Shown here in pieces: positions 14,056 through 26,800 of a DNA stretch of 36,724 nt. The DNA is from Fonticula alba ATCC 38817 (taxonomy: Eukaryota > Protista > Nucleariida), in the NCBI GenBank assembly GCA_000388065.2, contig KB932206.1. One strand, written 5' to 3'. Numbering within the stretch: position 1 is the first letter of the stretch; every line of letters begins with the position of its first letter. The notes below the pieces were generated by a model that was not told the DNA's origin, made no database searches, and worked only from the letters and a program-made list of their open reading frames with translations. Both the position numbers and the translations under genes were made by a program.

Positions 14056-16304
14056 CTTGCCATACAAGGGCCATGATGTGCTGCCTGGCAGAGATGCACC
14101 GGGGGAGGGTGACCGTTGAAAGGAGGGGAGAGGGGGAAGAGCAGGAAGGCTGGAGGGGGCGCGCGCCGGGAGTATCCGGCGCCCGGCGAGGGGAAGTCAC
14201 GCAAGACCACCTAGATGGGGGGGGGGGCGGCGGGAGCGAGGGGCAAGGAGCGAGGAAGGCCCGAGGAAGCCCGAGTGGCGAGGAGAAGAGGGGGTGCAGG
14301 AGAGGGGCGCCGGGGTGAGAATGATGAGCAGTGCCCTGGACTGGGACAGCCTCCCGCTGGGATGGTCCTGGAAGAGTCCCATCTTTGGCGCCAGCCGAGT
14401 GGACCCGCAGGGAGAAAGGCCGGCCAAGATGCCGGTCGGGGGAAGGGCCGCGCCGACGATCTAGCTGGGACCAGCTCCGGGGTCTCGACGATGACGCCGG
14501 ACAACGCCGGAGGTTTGCCGGTGTTTCGGCCCGATGGACGAGCGGCCTCTCCATCGGCCAGGCTGGCTGCCTCCCCGCGCGCGCGGCTCCCCGTCCCGGG
14601 GAGCGATCGATTTCCGAGCCGAGGCAGCCCCCCCTCCCCCGCGCCCCCGCGCCCAGCCGTGGCTCCGCCCCCCCCCTCCCCCCCGGTGAAGATTGGCGCC
14701 CAAACAGCCGTGTGCCCTGCTGAGGGGCCTGCAGGCGGCCACACAGGAGGGCGAGAGGGGGGGGGGGGGACGGGGAACTTGGGGCCCCTTCGCCTCGCCC
14801 CCCCTCCACCCCCCTGGAAATCGGATGTGCTCCGCCGGCCGGGCCCCCTAGGGAGCCCATGGCGCAGCGGCGGGGAAAATCGCGCAAACAAGGCCGCGGG
14901 GCTCCCCACCGGTCCCTGGTGACGAGGAAAAGCGATCCGCCGGCAGAAATGCCCGGTCTTGGCCTCGGGCTCCGGCGGAATGCGATGCTGCACTCGATTA
15001 TGCTGGGCCGCACCATCTGGCAAGCGCCGATGCTCGCTTTGCCCTCGCCCCAGTCACACACACCCAGGCGTACGCGTCGTGGAAAAAAAAAAAAAAAAGG
15101 TGCATGGACAATGTGCCCCTGCGCTTGTCGATGATCCGAGACCCTGGGCGCGCCAAGGCGGCCTCAGGCCGTCCGGATTCCCGGACATCGCCCAGCACCA
15201 TCCTCGCAGGTGGGGGGATTTGTTTACCAGCACCCGGCCTCGTGGCGGCAGAAAACGCGCGAGCCTCCCCCAAGCCGCGCTCTCCAACCGCCGGGCGAGG
15301 GGGCGGGGGGATTTTGAAAGACCCAGTCGCGCATACGCCGCGCGCTCACAGGCGTATGACATCAGAAAGCCCGGCCACACCAGGGGCCGGAACATTTCCC
15401 CGGGCGTCTGCGCCGTGTCTGGGGCAGTACCATTCGGGTGCGGGCGGGGATGCCCGGCACAGCCGGCGGCCTCCCGGCCATGCCTCGGGGGCAGGCAGCT
15501 TTCCCAGCGCACATTGTCTGGATCCTCTCCACTCCGGGCCGGAGAGTCGTCCACCGGGGGGGGGGGGGGGGAGGGGGGCGGGGGACACGATCGCCAGCCA
15601 ACACCAAGAACGCGAACTTCATGCAGGGCCCCGCGGCCTGGGCGTCACACCAAGTGCACTCATGGCTCAGGCCCTTACCCTCGCCGGCCCCCGCTCACAC
15701 CATTACATCACACCCCCCTGAGAACGGACGCTCTTCCATTCGGCGCCCTTTTTTGTTCTGGCACCACATGTGACGATGATAAGATTGACACAAAATCTGC
15801 CCACCGCGAAGGAGCTCGGGCTTTTGGCTTTTTTCCCCCCTCCTTCCTTCATTCCCGCGCCAACGGCAGCCTCTCCCCCCGCTTCCTGCTCGGGCCGACT
15901 TGTTCCTGCTTCGTCCCCCGCCCCGTGGCCCCGCCTCGCCCGGGGGTTCTCGTGGCCGCCTCCTTCCCAAGTTCATCCCTTGCCCGCCCCCACCCGTTCC
16001 GGCCCCCGGGCACCCGCTCCCGGCAGGGCCCCGGCAAGCTCCGCGGGGGCTGCCGCTCCTTGGCCCGTGATACGGCCCCACATGCATAACTCAAGCAGGA
16101 GCTTAACCCACGAAGAGAGGACCGGCTGCCGGGCAAATTCCCGAAACAGATTTTGCTCCAGGGAAGAGAGCGCGACACGCGGGGGCGATATGGCGGCGAG
16201 TATGGTTACACTTTTTATGTTCATTCCAGATTGCGCGTATTGCATATGTCCTTGGGTCTGACTATTTTATTCCGACGCACGGCCGAAATTGGTACATGGG
16301 CCTG

Positions 16305-16306
<2 letters not shown>

Positions 16307-16336
<30 letters not shown>
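16307..16336. repeat. (GA)15 microsatellite
   Basis: Read directly; downstream of the amidohydrolase stop. Confidence 0.9.
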
Positions 16337-16338
<2 letters not shown>

Positions 16339-16852
16339 CAGGGGACCATGGCTGCAAGCATATGTGTGCCTGGTCTCCGCTGTGATCCCCGTCCCTGTGT
16401 GGCGCTTCCCCAGCCCAGCGTGTATCGGGATCTGTTAAGTGCAAAATCCCCTTGTCTCACCGAGACCCGGGCATACTCTGCACCTGGGATGTCTGCCGAG
16501 GCATTGGAGACTCCTGGGGAATATCCCACGAACGATGCCCGACACACGCACACATGTGCCAAAAGGCATGCGCCGTGCACAGGAGAGAGCCCCACCGCGG
16601 GGAAAACGCGATGGGAAAGGGAGGAAGCAGGGCCAAATGATGTGAAGGTGCGCGTCCCCGAGAGAGGGAGCGGGGGGAGGGGGGGGGGAGAGAGAGAGAG
16701 AGAAAGAGGCCGGTGCCGGAGAGCGAGGGGAAGAGCCGGTGGGGGCGCGGGCAAAAAGGAGGATGCCCGCCTCCCGGCACTGCCTCTCAGAGTCTCGGTG
16801 TCGAGCGAGCGGTGGCGGGGCGACGAGGAGAGGCGCATGCATTTCGCAGCTC

Positions 16853-18297
16853 TCAGAAGAAGCCCACCGACAGAAGGGCGTCCAGGAACATGGGGATGAA
16901 CTTGGCACGCCAGGCGGGATTGGCGGCCAGATCATTGCGGACTTCGATCATCAGCGGCACGACCACCGGCGGCGAGCCCAGGAGATCATGCTCGTCATAG
17001 TGGTCGAGCAGGATCTCCCGCACGCGGTCCGACTGCCGGCGGACCAGGAAGGCGAAGGGGTTGTCCAGGCCACTGTAGGGCTCATTCAGCCGGGCATCAT
17101 AGCCATCCGGCCCGATGGGGCAGAGAATGTCCTCAGGTGCCTGGTAGGTGTCGGCCTCGGGCTTGCCGCCGGTCATGGCGGTGCCACTTGCCTTGTCCTC
17201 GGCGGTGGCCGACGACGCGCCGGCCAGCTGGACGTCCTCCTCAGAGGAGGCGGCCGCGGTGGGCATCTCTCGCGAGCTGGCCACCGCCCCGTTGGATGCC
17301 GAGGAGGAGGAGGAAACCGGGCAGTCCATGACATTGTTGCCATTGCGCAGGCGGTAGACAATCTGCTCGGCGATGGTTTGGTTGGCCGGGCCGCCACGGC
17401 GGAAGTTTTCGTCGCGCTGCAGGCGATCAAACAGGAGCCCCACTTCAACGTCACGCGGCTCGCCATTCTCATACACCTCGGTGAAGGTGTGAACCGAAAG
17501 GAGCAGTCGAGGGAGGGCATGCGGCCCGGACTGCGACGGATCGAGCACATAGCTGAGGATGCTGTCGGTGACACCATCGTGGAAGGGATTGTACAGGAGG
17601 GCCACGCGCTTGGCCTCCTCCTCGGGGGTCATGTTCTTCATGCCCGAGAGGTGGGCGAAGGCGTGGTGGGGGTCGCGGTGACAGGGCGGCAGGGTGACAG
17701 GGTGGGTGCGGTTAGCAAGACAGGCCAGGCTGCTGGGCGGAAGGGCAGGGTCCAGCTGCAAGTCCAAACGCACGGCATTAAGGGCGATCGGCACGCCATC
17801 GGCCACCTTGCGGAACATGGTGTCCGAGCCGATCTCGCGGTTGGCATCGCACATGAGTCGCGAAAAGCGCGCAAGCACGGTCTTGGCCTTGAGAGCAGCT
17901 TTGTGGGCGATCCGGGCGCCGTTGGCCAGGGCAATGGGTGTCAAAAAGGATGGGCAAAAATGCAAGAAGGAGGAGGAAGAAGAAAGCCCAAATGCGTACC
18001 ACTCAGCTCGCGGGTCAGCGCCTCGGCACCGATGTCCAGAGCCCAGTGCGTGTTCACGAGCCACTGATCTTCCTCGGGCCAGGTGCCATCTGCCGAGTAC
18101 GGCGGCGGGGGGATCCGGTTGGAGGCGTGCTCACACACCAGGTGCACGAGCGACGGCCCCGACGGGGTCAGGAGCTCGTAGACCTCCGGATACTTGGACG
18201 TCTCGTCGCCAGACTCGGCGGTCCGATTGAGCCCGGCGAAATCGCCATTGGCCAGGGCCGCCTGGTAGCTACTGGTAAGGGCAGTGTCGCGGGGCAT
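16853..18297 (-). CDS. N-formylglutamate amidohydrolase (FGase)-family zinc hydrolase
   Basis: Exons 18297-18000, 17898-17774, 17635-16853. Motifs LVCEHASNRIP, HWALDIGAEALTRELS, ARFSRLMCDANR, R...LYNPFH, LLSVHTFT, VGLLFD, NEPYSG and LMIEVRNDL match bacterial FGase-type proteins from recall. Confidence 0.8.
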
Positions 18298-19122
18298 GGT
18301 GGGAGATGGGTGTGTCGGAGGAGGGAAGCAGGGGGGGGGGGGNNNNNNNNNNNNNNNNNNNNNNNNNNNNNNNNNNNNNNNNNNNNNNNNNNNNNNNNNN
18401 NNNNNNNNNNNNNNNNNNNNNNNNNNNNNNNNNNNNNNNNNNNNNNNNNNNNNNNNNNNNNNNNNNNNCACTTGCCACCCATCCACCCGGGGGGGGGGGG
18501 GGGCGCACGGGAAGAGGGATGCCCCACAGGGCATGATCGAGATGCGATCGAGCCGGGATGCGCTGGCCCAAGGGCGCCCGGCCGCCCGTCCCGCGGGCGG
18601 GGGGACCAGCCCCCAGCTTGGCGGCGCTCCCCCAGCCCCTTGCCGTCCGCGGGATTGAGAGAGGGGGGGGGGGGGGGGAATAACTCCGGGTGTTGCACGA
18701 GCACACAGGCAAGCGGGGGCTGCGTGTGCTCGATACACGCGCATCCCCTTCCCCGCCCGGCCATTTTCTGTCCCGGGCCATGATCAGCCATCGCAACCAG
18801 CACACCGGTCGATTAAACAGGATGCCCGCCGGGCAACATGCACCTAGACGCAGCCGTCCCCGTCCCCCCCCCCCCCCCACAGGGGATGACTTAGTTGCCT
18901 GGTCATGTTGCCGCGCGCAGGCGATTGAGGTGACGCGCCCCAACATCAGGGGGGCTCGCCAGGTGAAGCCTTTGACAGTTGTCCCCAGGGGCGCCGGGCA
19001 CGCCGGGGGCGCCAGCAACACGGGCCACACATGGGCCTGTGGCTGTTGCAGAGACCTCGCGATCGGGTTTGCCGCGAGCACTAGAGTCTTCCCGAGGGCC
19101 GGACGGGCTCGGGGGGGGGGGA

Positions 19123-19271
19123 GGGGGGGGGGACCTGGCGGAGAGCGAAGGAACGCCGCCGACCGGCCTACCTCGCCGCCAAATCGGCCCGGGCTCCGTC
19201 GCGGAGATCGATGAAGCCCGACGACCTCTGCCGATCAGCGTTCCTTCGCTCTCCGCCAGGTCCCCCCCCCC
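19123..19271. repeat. Perfect 34-bp inverted repeat with an 81-bp spacer (foldback element)
   Basis: G10+ACCTGGCGGAGAGCGAAGGAACGC (19123-19156) is the exact reverse complement of GCGTTCCTTCGCTCTCCGCCAGGT+C10 (19238-19271). Confidence 0.92.
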
Positions 19272-20410
19272 CCTCCCTTCCCCCCCCCAGGGCCGGGTGC
19301 CCGGAATTGCCGTTACGCCCCGGGGCCGAGGCGCCCGGGTGGAGGCAGCTCGCCCAGGCGGGGCTCCACAAGGGGGGGAAGGGGGTGGCCATGGTTTACT
19401 CCGGGCCGATGTCCGGCCCCGGCAGGAGAAACGTGCTGGGATGTTAGCGTTCGGGCGTGGTCGGCCTCGGGGGCTCCCCGATGGGAGGCAAGGCGATCCC
19501 AGCGCGGTTCCGGAGCGCACACGGGCCGCGCCCCCGGAGCGCGGACGAGTACGCCATCGCCCGCCGTCAGGCGAAAGTGGCCAGTCCCTTCCCCGCGCGC
19601 GCGCGCTGGCCCACCCCTGAGAGAGAGAGAGGGACCGAGAGAGCGGCCCCGCAGGTCTTCGGCATCCGGCCTGGGGCCAGCCAGAGCGCGCCCGGGGGGG
19701 GGGGGGGGGGGGGGACAAATTGGGGAGGTATTCTCGAGCTGAACATGGGATATTACCGGCCAAGATACATCCCGTGAGTATCACGCCACGAATCAGGGAC
19801 ATTCTGCTGTAGCAGATTGGAGAGAGCAGCACACGCCCACTTTTGTTGAGGGCGGTCGATTGCCACCCGGCAGCCGTTCTCGGGGGCGGGTTGGAAGGGG
19901 GCAGCGTGCGGCCCCGGGGCGTCGGCTCGGGCACGAAAAGGGTGCTTCTTCTGTTTTCTTTCGTCCCTCCCTCTCGCCCCCCCCCCCCCTGAACAGAGGG
20001 AGTTGGATGGGGCCAGGCTTCGCCCTGCGCCTTCGGCCACGCACCCCCTAGGGGGGTGGGGTCACGCGCTGAGGCGAGACAAAGATCGCCAGCCCTTCGC
20101 GCCCCGTGCCCTAGAGGAACACCCCGATCAAGAATGTCCCCCCNNNNNNNNNNNNNNNNNNNNNNNNNNNNNNNNNNNNNNNNNNNNNNNNNNNNNNNNN
20201 NNNNNNNNNNNNNNNNNNNNNNNNNNNNNNNNNNNNNNNNNNNNNNNNNNNNNNNNNNNNNNNNNNNNNNNNNNNNNNNNNNNNNNNNNNNNNNNNNNNN
20301 NNNNNNNNNNNNNNNNNNNNNNNCCCCCCCCAGACGCCCACACACCTCCACGCACACGCCCCGCGGCGCGGGCTTCCCCACCACCCTCGCCCTTCCCTGT
20401 TTGCAGACCG

Positions 20411-23289
20411 ATGTTCAATTCTTGGCTCCCGTCTCTGGGCTCACAGTCCCCCTCGGTGGCGGCAGCCTCAACGCCCCCGACCCAGGCCGGGACAGTCGGC
20501 ACCGACCACCGGGCCATCCACAAGATCGATGCCTCGGCGCGATTGGCCTTCTCTCGAGGAATCGACTACAATGGTGTGTTGTTCTCCCCCCCCCCCCCCC
20601 GGCCCCTCCTCCCCTCTCCGCGCCCCCCTCCACTCCTCGTCCACACCGCCCCCCTTTCCCTTTCTTTGCTCCACTCACCGCGGCGGACACCTCCACTGCA
20701 CACAGTCAAGATCCTCGTCCGCGGTGACCGTGGCGCCGGGAAATCCCTGCTCATTCGTCGATTTGAGGAATACTCGGTTTTCATGGCCGGGTCTGCCAGC
20801 CAAACTGCCGGCACCTTTGTCCCCGCCAGCCTGACCACCATCAATGCCGACGCCTACCTGCCGACGTCGGAAATCACATCCACCAGCGTCGCATGGAAGT
20901 ACAAAGGTACACGCCCGCACGCGGGTCCCCCTCCCTCTCTCTTGCCTCGGCACATGTGTCCCCCCCACCCACATGCAGAACTCCTCTCACCCATGCTCCT
21001 GTTGAACGCCCAATCATGTCCCACGGTCGGGACACAGCATACGACGAGACCGTCAAGGTTGAGCTGTGGGATGTGGTTGATGAAGCCCGCAAGGGTACGT
21101 CGATGCCTGCATTTTGCCATTTCCCCCCCCCCCCTCTTTCGGCCCGCCACATCTTCGCGCAAATGCCTCTCCCCCGGCATCTGACTCGGCCCTTTCGGCC
21201 TCCTGCTCCAGATGCCTCTTCCGGGGCCGTCGCCCTGGACAGCAGTACGATCGACGTTTACCACAATGCCGACGGCATTGTCGTGGTCTATGACATGACC
21301 AAGCGCTGGACCTTCGACTATGCGCGCACCATGCTGCTTAGCTCCTGCTCCGGCCCGGCCGACGAGGAAGAGGACAAGCAGGATGCCGAAAGCCCAGCCA
21401 ACACCTCCAACACCCTGCCCGCCCACCTTCCCGTCCTGCTGCTGGCCACCTGCCGCGACCGCGGTGACCACCGGGTTGTCTCGGCCGAGGAGGGCCTGTC
21501 CCTGGCGCTGGCGGTCACCGAGGCCCGGCGTGAGGTTCAGCCGGCCGACGCCAGCCCGGGCGCCGCGCCGATCCACTACGCCGAAGTGGCCCTGACCAAT
21601 GGGTTTGGCCTGCGGCAGGTTGACCGGTGGCTGGCCGGGCCGTATCTGGCCGTGGTCGATCGGTCCCTGGCACAGCTCCGGGCCGATGTGGCGCGCGAGC
21701 GCCAGGCCAGCGAGGCGGAGCTCCGTGAGGCCACCTCCGCCGAGTTGGCATCCACTTCGGATGCCTATGATCGCTATGTTCAAACGCAGCGCAACATTCG
21801 CGCCAAGCCATCCCCTCGAATTGTGCGCACCTCGCCGGCCGAGGCCCCAGGCTCTGCCCCTGACCCGGCGCCGGCCCCCCCGGCCAAGGCAGCAGGCAGC
21901 CCCGTCATCGTGTCGGTACCTGTGGCAGCCGCCGCTTCGACTTCGGCCTCGGGTCCGACTCCCGCCCGGACGAAGTCCGCTCCTCCGGCCCCGGCCCCGG
22001 CCCCGGCCCCGGCCCCGGCCCCCGTAGCCTCGGGCCCTGCGTCGCCGCCGACCTCGGCCACCTCGGGCCCCGGCGCTGGCGGCGGCGCCGCCGCCCCATC
22101 GGCCACCGCCCCGGGCTCGACCTTCTCCTTCATTTCGCGCCTCTTCGGCGGGGGCTCCGCCGCGGCTGCCGAAGCCGCCAAGGGCCCGGCTTCGCCCACC
22201 GGACCCACCCTCAAGGAGACGGCCGCCAATGTCACCCTTTCCAAGACGCCGCTCCGGTCGCTGGATGATTTCACCCTGGAGCTGGCCGATGGCGGGGCCA
22301 TCGCCGACGCCTTCTGGGACAGCCCCACTGTCGGGGCGCCGGTCGCGGCTGGCGGCAAGCCTCGGCCCGGTGCCACGGCCGCCTCGACCAAGAAACCGGC
22401 CAAGCAGCCGGCCCGCCCGGCGGCCCGGGCCCACCTCTCGGACTCGGACTCGGACGATGACAACCCCCTGGTCCTCGGTGATGACGATGGCTTCCCGGAC
22501 ATGGCAGCCGGCTCGGCCGCCGGCCCGACCGCCGGCTCCATGTCCTCCATTCGCATTACGCGCCCCTCTCCGGCGCGAAGCAGGCCCGCCCCGGCCTCGG
22601 CCACCTTTGCCCGGGATGGCGATAGCGACAGCGACAGCGACAGCGACAGCCGCTACAGCACCGGCGGGCTGGTCGCGGCTGATGAGGACCTGCCGGCCGT
22701 GGCGTCATCCTCCTCGCGGGCCCGGGCCCCGGCCCGTCAGCCCGCCTCGACGGCCGTGGCCGTGGCGCTGGACAGCGACAGCGATGACGACCACCACTCC
22801 GGGCTGGTCATGGCCGATATGGATCTCGATGCGCTGACCCTCTCCATGGGAGGCGGTCCCGCCTCGTCGAGCCGGCCTCGCTCGACGAAGTCCCCCTCGC
22901 GGCGTGCTCTCTCCGATGACTCGGCCACCGGGCTGGCTGCCCCACGCCCTCGTAAGAAGTCCTCCGCCTCGTCCTCGGCCACCGTCAGTGTCAGTGGCTC
23001 CTCGGTGGACCTGGCCCCCGCATCTGAAGATGGCAGTGGCAAGAAGAAGAAGAAGAAGAAGTCCAGCACCTCTGCGCCGAGCGCCGCCCCGGTGTCGGCC
23101 CCGGCTTCGGGCATTCCATCGCCGACGGTCCTCCCGGCCACCGAGCCTCCGGCCCCCGCTCGCCGGGCCGCGCCGGCCCCACTCCCCGATTCCGACTCCG
23201 ATTCCGATGCCGACCTCCCCCCGATGCCTGCCAAGAAGGCCTCCTCCCGGTCACGCAAGGCCAAGATCTCCTTCGACGACTTCCAGTAG
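20411..23289 (+). CDS. RABL6: Rab-like GTPase RABL6 (RBEL1/PARF) with a long low-complexity C-terminus
   Basis: Exons 20411-20573, 20706-20906, 21038-21094, 21212-23289. Motifs FSRGIDYN-VKILVRGDRGAGKS, YLPTSEI, VKVELWDVVD, DVYHNADGIVVVYDMTKRWTFDY, RDRGDHRVV, NGFGL and a C-terminal poly-Lys tract, all paralleling RABL6. Confidence 0.88.
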
Positions 23290-23859
23290 TGTGTCCCAGG
23301 ACGCCGGGGCGCGTCTCGCAAAACTCCCCCCACGCTCCTCCCTCGGCGTGCAAAAAAAAAAGAAAAAAAAAGAATAATAATACACCCCGTAGGCCTGCCT
23401 CCGCCCCCCCCCCCCCCCGGCTTGGTGTGCCTTTTCCGCCCTCCCGCTTAAATGGACAGTGATCAGTTAAGCACACACGTGACATTGCTGACACCCAGGT
23501 GTGATTGTGGGTCTCTTGGGGGTACCCTTTCCCCACCTGTGGGCGAGGGACCGGAAAAGGGGGGCGTGGCCGGGCCGGCGGGCCGGCGGGCCCGGGAGAC
23601 ATCCCGCCCCGCGTCCTCTCCCTCCTCCGATCCGCCTTTTCGCGGGGTTTTTTTTCTTTCTTTTTTTCCACCCCCTCTTTTTGCCCCAAACGCCCGCGAT
23701 AGATTGCCCTGCCACCGCGCGCCCGGCTGTGGCCTTAACTCCTGAGTCGGGACAGTCAAGCGCCCATACGCGCATACACCTGCCGACGTGCTCGGCCTGC
23801 TGACGGACCCTGCTCCGGGTGCCCGGGCCTGGCGCTGTCGCCGTGGGTGGGCCACCTGA

Positions 23860-26800
23860 ATGAAGGGTCTTCGCCGGGCACCGCTCCAGCGGAGCCACAC
23901 TCTCCCGCTCCATGTGCTGAGGCCGCCGGAGCAGCGGGAGATGGCTCGCAAGCACACGGCCCGCGACCGTGGACGACCGTCGACGCCTGTGGCGGCGGGA
24001 GGGCCTGCCGCCGGTGTGGCCCGGCGCCTGGGGCGCTGGCTGCGTGTCCTCCTGCCTCGCTCCATGCGTCGAGGCCTGGCCCTTCTGGTGTTGGCGCTCG
24101 TGTTTGTGTGTCTCCTGAAGTGGTTGCCCGTCGGCATGCCGGCGACCGCGCGCCGGGCCATTGCCCGAAGCATGCGGCCATGGCTCGGCGCCTCGGCCCC
24201 GGATACTGGCGAGCTGCTTGTGGCCGGGGCCGGCGTCATGGCGGAGCCCGTGGCCAGCTCCGGCTGGCGCTGGGCCACCCCCTGCCACAGCGCCGGCTTG
24301 CCGGACCTCGGGGCTGATATCGGCCCGACGGGGCGCTTTTGTGTCCTGGAGCATGCAGAGGCATCGCCGGATCCGGAGCCCGGGTCTTGGACCGATGCGC
24401 TGCCTGCGCCGCTGGGCGGCTGGCCCAGCATGGCGCCTGCCCCGGCGGATGAGCCCGGCTGTCGGTTGGTACTGTGGGCCCCGGGGCTCGTCGGCCCGGC
24501 CGGCACCCTGGGCCTACTGCCGGGCCTGCTGGCCATTGACGCACTCTGGCGCGAGGCACTCCCGGGCTCGGGCCAACACTGCGCCTGGCTTGAACTGGCC
24601 GCGGAGGCCTGGGTGGGAGAAGTGGACGCACGATCCGGCGACCCGGCCGGACTTTGCCCTCCGTCCGGCGTCCAGACCCGGCCCCTGCCGGGAGCCCTAG
24701 TGGCCGCGGCCCGCTTGGTCTTCCCGGAGCTGGCCATCGTCACGGACGCCGGGTGTCGGCCCGGGGCGGACAGCGCCGGCGCCAGCACCGAGCCGCCAGC
24801 CGGGCGAGTCATCCTGGCATTGGCGGCTCCCTGGCCCACCGGGCGGGACATGGCCTCCTTTCGGACCCGGCGCCTGGAGGATACGCGCCCGCCGGCGGCC
24901 GGCTGCACGGCCGTCGTCACCCGCTCGGGCGACCTGCCACAGGCCGGGGCGCTCACATCGGCCCCCGCGGCCACCGTCATCCGGGAGCCGGCCGCCAATG
25001 CCGGGGACATGCGCTGGCGTTTGAGCCTGCCGCCCGCGGGCAAGCGCTCGGATCCGGCCGGCTGGGCGGCATACCTGCAGGATGTGCGTCGGTGCGACCG
25101 GGTCCTGGCGCTGGACCCGCACTTGGGCATGGCCTTTGGCTGGGAGCAGACCGACCACCTGGCCGGGCTACTGTGGCTGACCCATCCCCGGGCGCGAGTG
25201 ATCCTGGCGGTCGGCCGGCCGGCGGCCGTGCCAACCAGCCTCACGGCCGCCGGGCCGAGCGGCTCACCCGGCGCCTGGCTGCTGGCCTACCGTGCGACCA
25301 TGGCACGGCAGGACCTGCGCGCGGCCCTGATGCCCCGGGCATGGGGCCGGTGGCTGGCCCAGGCCTCGGTGGAAGCCCGGCGGGCCGGGTTCTGGCCGGC
25401 CATGCTGGACCTGGTCCGCCTGGAGCTCGACGCCCCGGAGCCGGCCACGCGCATCGGCGATCTCGCCTCCGATACGCGAGCCACATCCGCCGGGCTGCTC
25501 ACCTACATGCCCTGGGAGCAGCTCAACAACCAACTCATCGGGGCCAAGTGTGCCTGTGCTTTGGCGCGACTCCTGGGCAGGCAGCTGGTTTTGCCGCTCG
25601 TGGGGCAACGACGCCACCGGCCTCCCGACCGGGAGGCAGCCGCCCCGACGGACGAAGACGAGCCCCACGGCCCCGGCCATCGGCACCACGCCAGGGACCG
25701 GGGCTCGGACTCGGGCACGGGCCAAGCCGCCGCCGGGTGGGACTTCAGCTTCCACGTGGCCGACTACCGATGGGACTGGGCCTTCGAGTCGGTGTATGAC
25801 GCGGGCCACCTGCTGCCGCCGGGGGCCGGGGGGCTCGGGGCCCCGGCGGACGCCCTGCGCGGTGGCCAGCCGGGCGGTCTGCCCTGCCGCGTGCTGTCGA
25901 CCATGAACTTTCGCCTGCTGCTGGCGGAGTTGGCCTTGAGCCTGGCCGAGGGGGGCGGCCGGCCCAGTGGCCGGCCCCTGGGTGCGGCGCCTGCCCCGGC
26001 CTCGGGCAACGACCGCTTTCGCCTGGCCCGCCTGCTGCATAACCCCCTCTACGAGCACACCCCCGAGGCGGAGACCGTGGCCTACCACCGGGACCTGCTC
26101 GGACTGGAGGCCGACCAGGTGACGCCGCTGCCGCGGAGTCTGTACCGGCGTCGGGCGGATTCCCTGGTCCGGCTGTTCCAGGCCCCGGGGCTGGCCGACC
26201 AGCCGATCCTCTCACTCGGCACACTTTACTGGGCCATGGACTTCCCGGCGGCCGGCCGCGAGATGGCCGACTATCCGTACCGGCGATACCCGGACCTGCG
26301 CCAGGCAAGCGCATGGCGTGTGGTCAGTGACCCGGTGCGCCCGGCTCGGCGTCTTCTGGCCCTGGCGGCCGACATCCTGGCCGGTCTGGCCGCCGGCCGG
26401 GGGCCGGCATCTGACGCCGCGGCCGCCACCGGGGCCCCGGTCATGGCATGGCACTTCCGCCGGGGGCCGGATTACGAGCGGAAGTGCGCGCGCATCCGCG
26501 ACCCGGCCCTTCAGCGCCTGTGCCTGCCCCCGGTGGAGATGCTGGAGGCCCAGGCAGCTGCGCGACTCCGGGCGGCCCGCCCGGCGGTGCTCATCGTGGC
26601 CACCGATCTGCCGGACGCCGATGCTCGAGCCCTCGTTGAGAGACTCCTCCACGGGGCATCCCTGCCCTTTGCCTGGGGCTCCACGCCACCGGCGCAAATG
26701 CGTGTCTTCCTCTTGGCGGACTTGGTGCGCGATTTGGCCGGACGCGTGTCGCCCGAACACGCGTACGCCGCCTGGGAAGTGCAGGAGGGGACCCTTGCCC

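Noticed and set aside
15332-15358. 8-bp hairpin CATACGCC/GGCGTATG
   Set aside because: It is short and isolated with no other ncRNA features, so it is plausible by chance in 36 kb.
15770-15785. C-box-like GTGACGATGATAA as a snoRNA
   Set aside because: The C box is imperfect, and I found no properly placed D box or terminal stem.
14100-16800. Many 60-376-aa ORFs in both strands of this intergenic region (likewise 18300-20400 and 29000-31290)
   Set aside because: They have Arg/Gly/Pro-rich shadow composition, no domain motifs and no consistent splice structure; stop codons are rare at this GC content.
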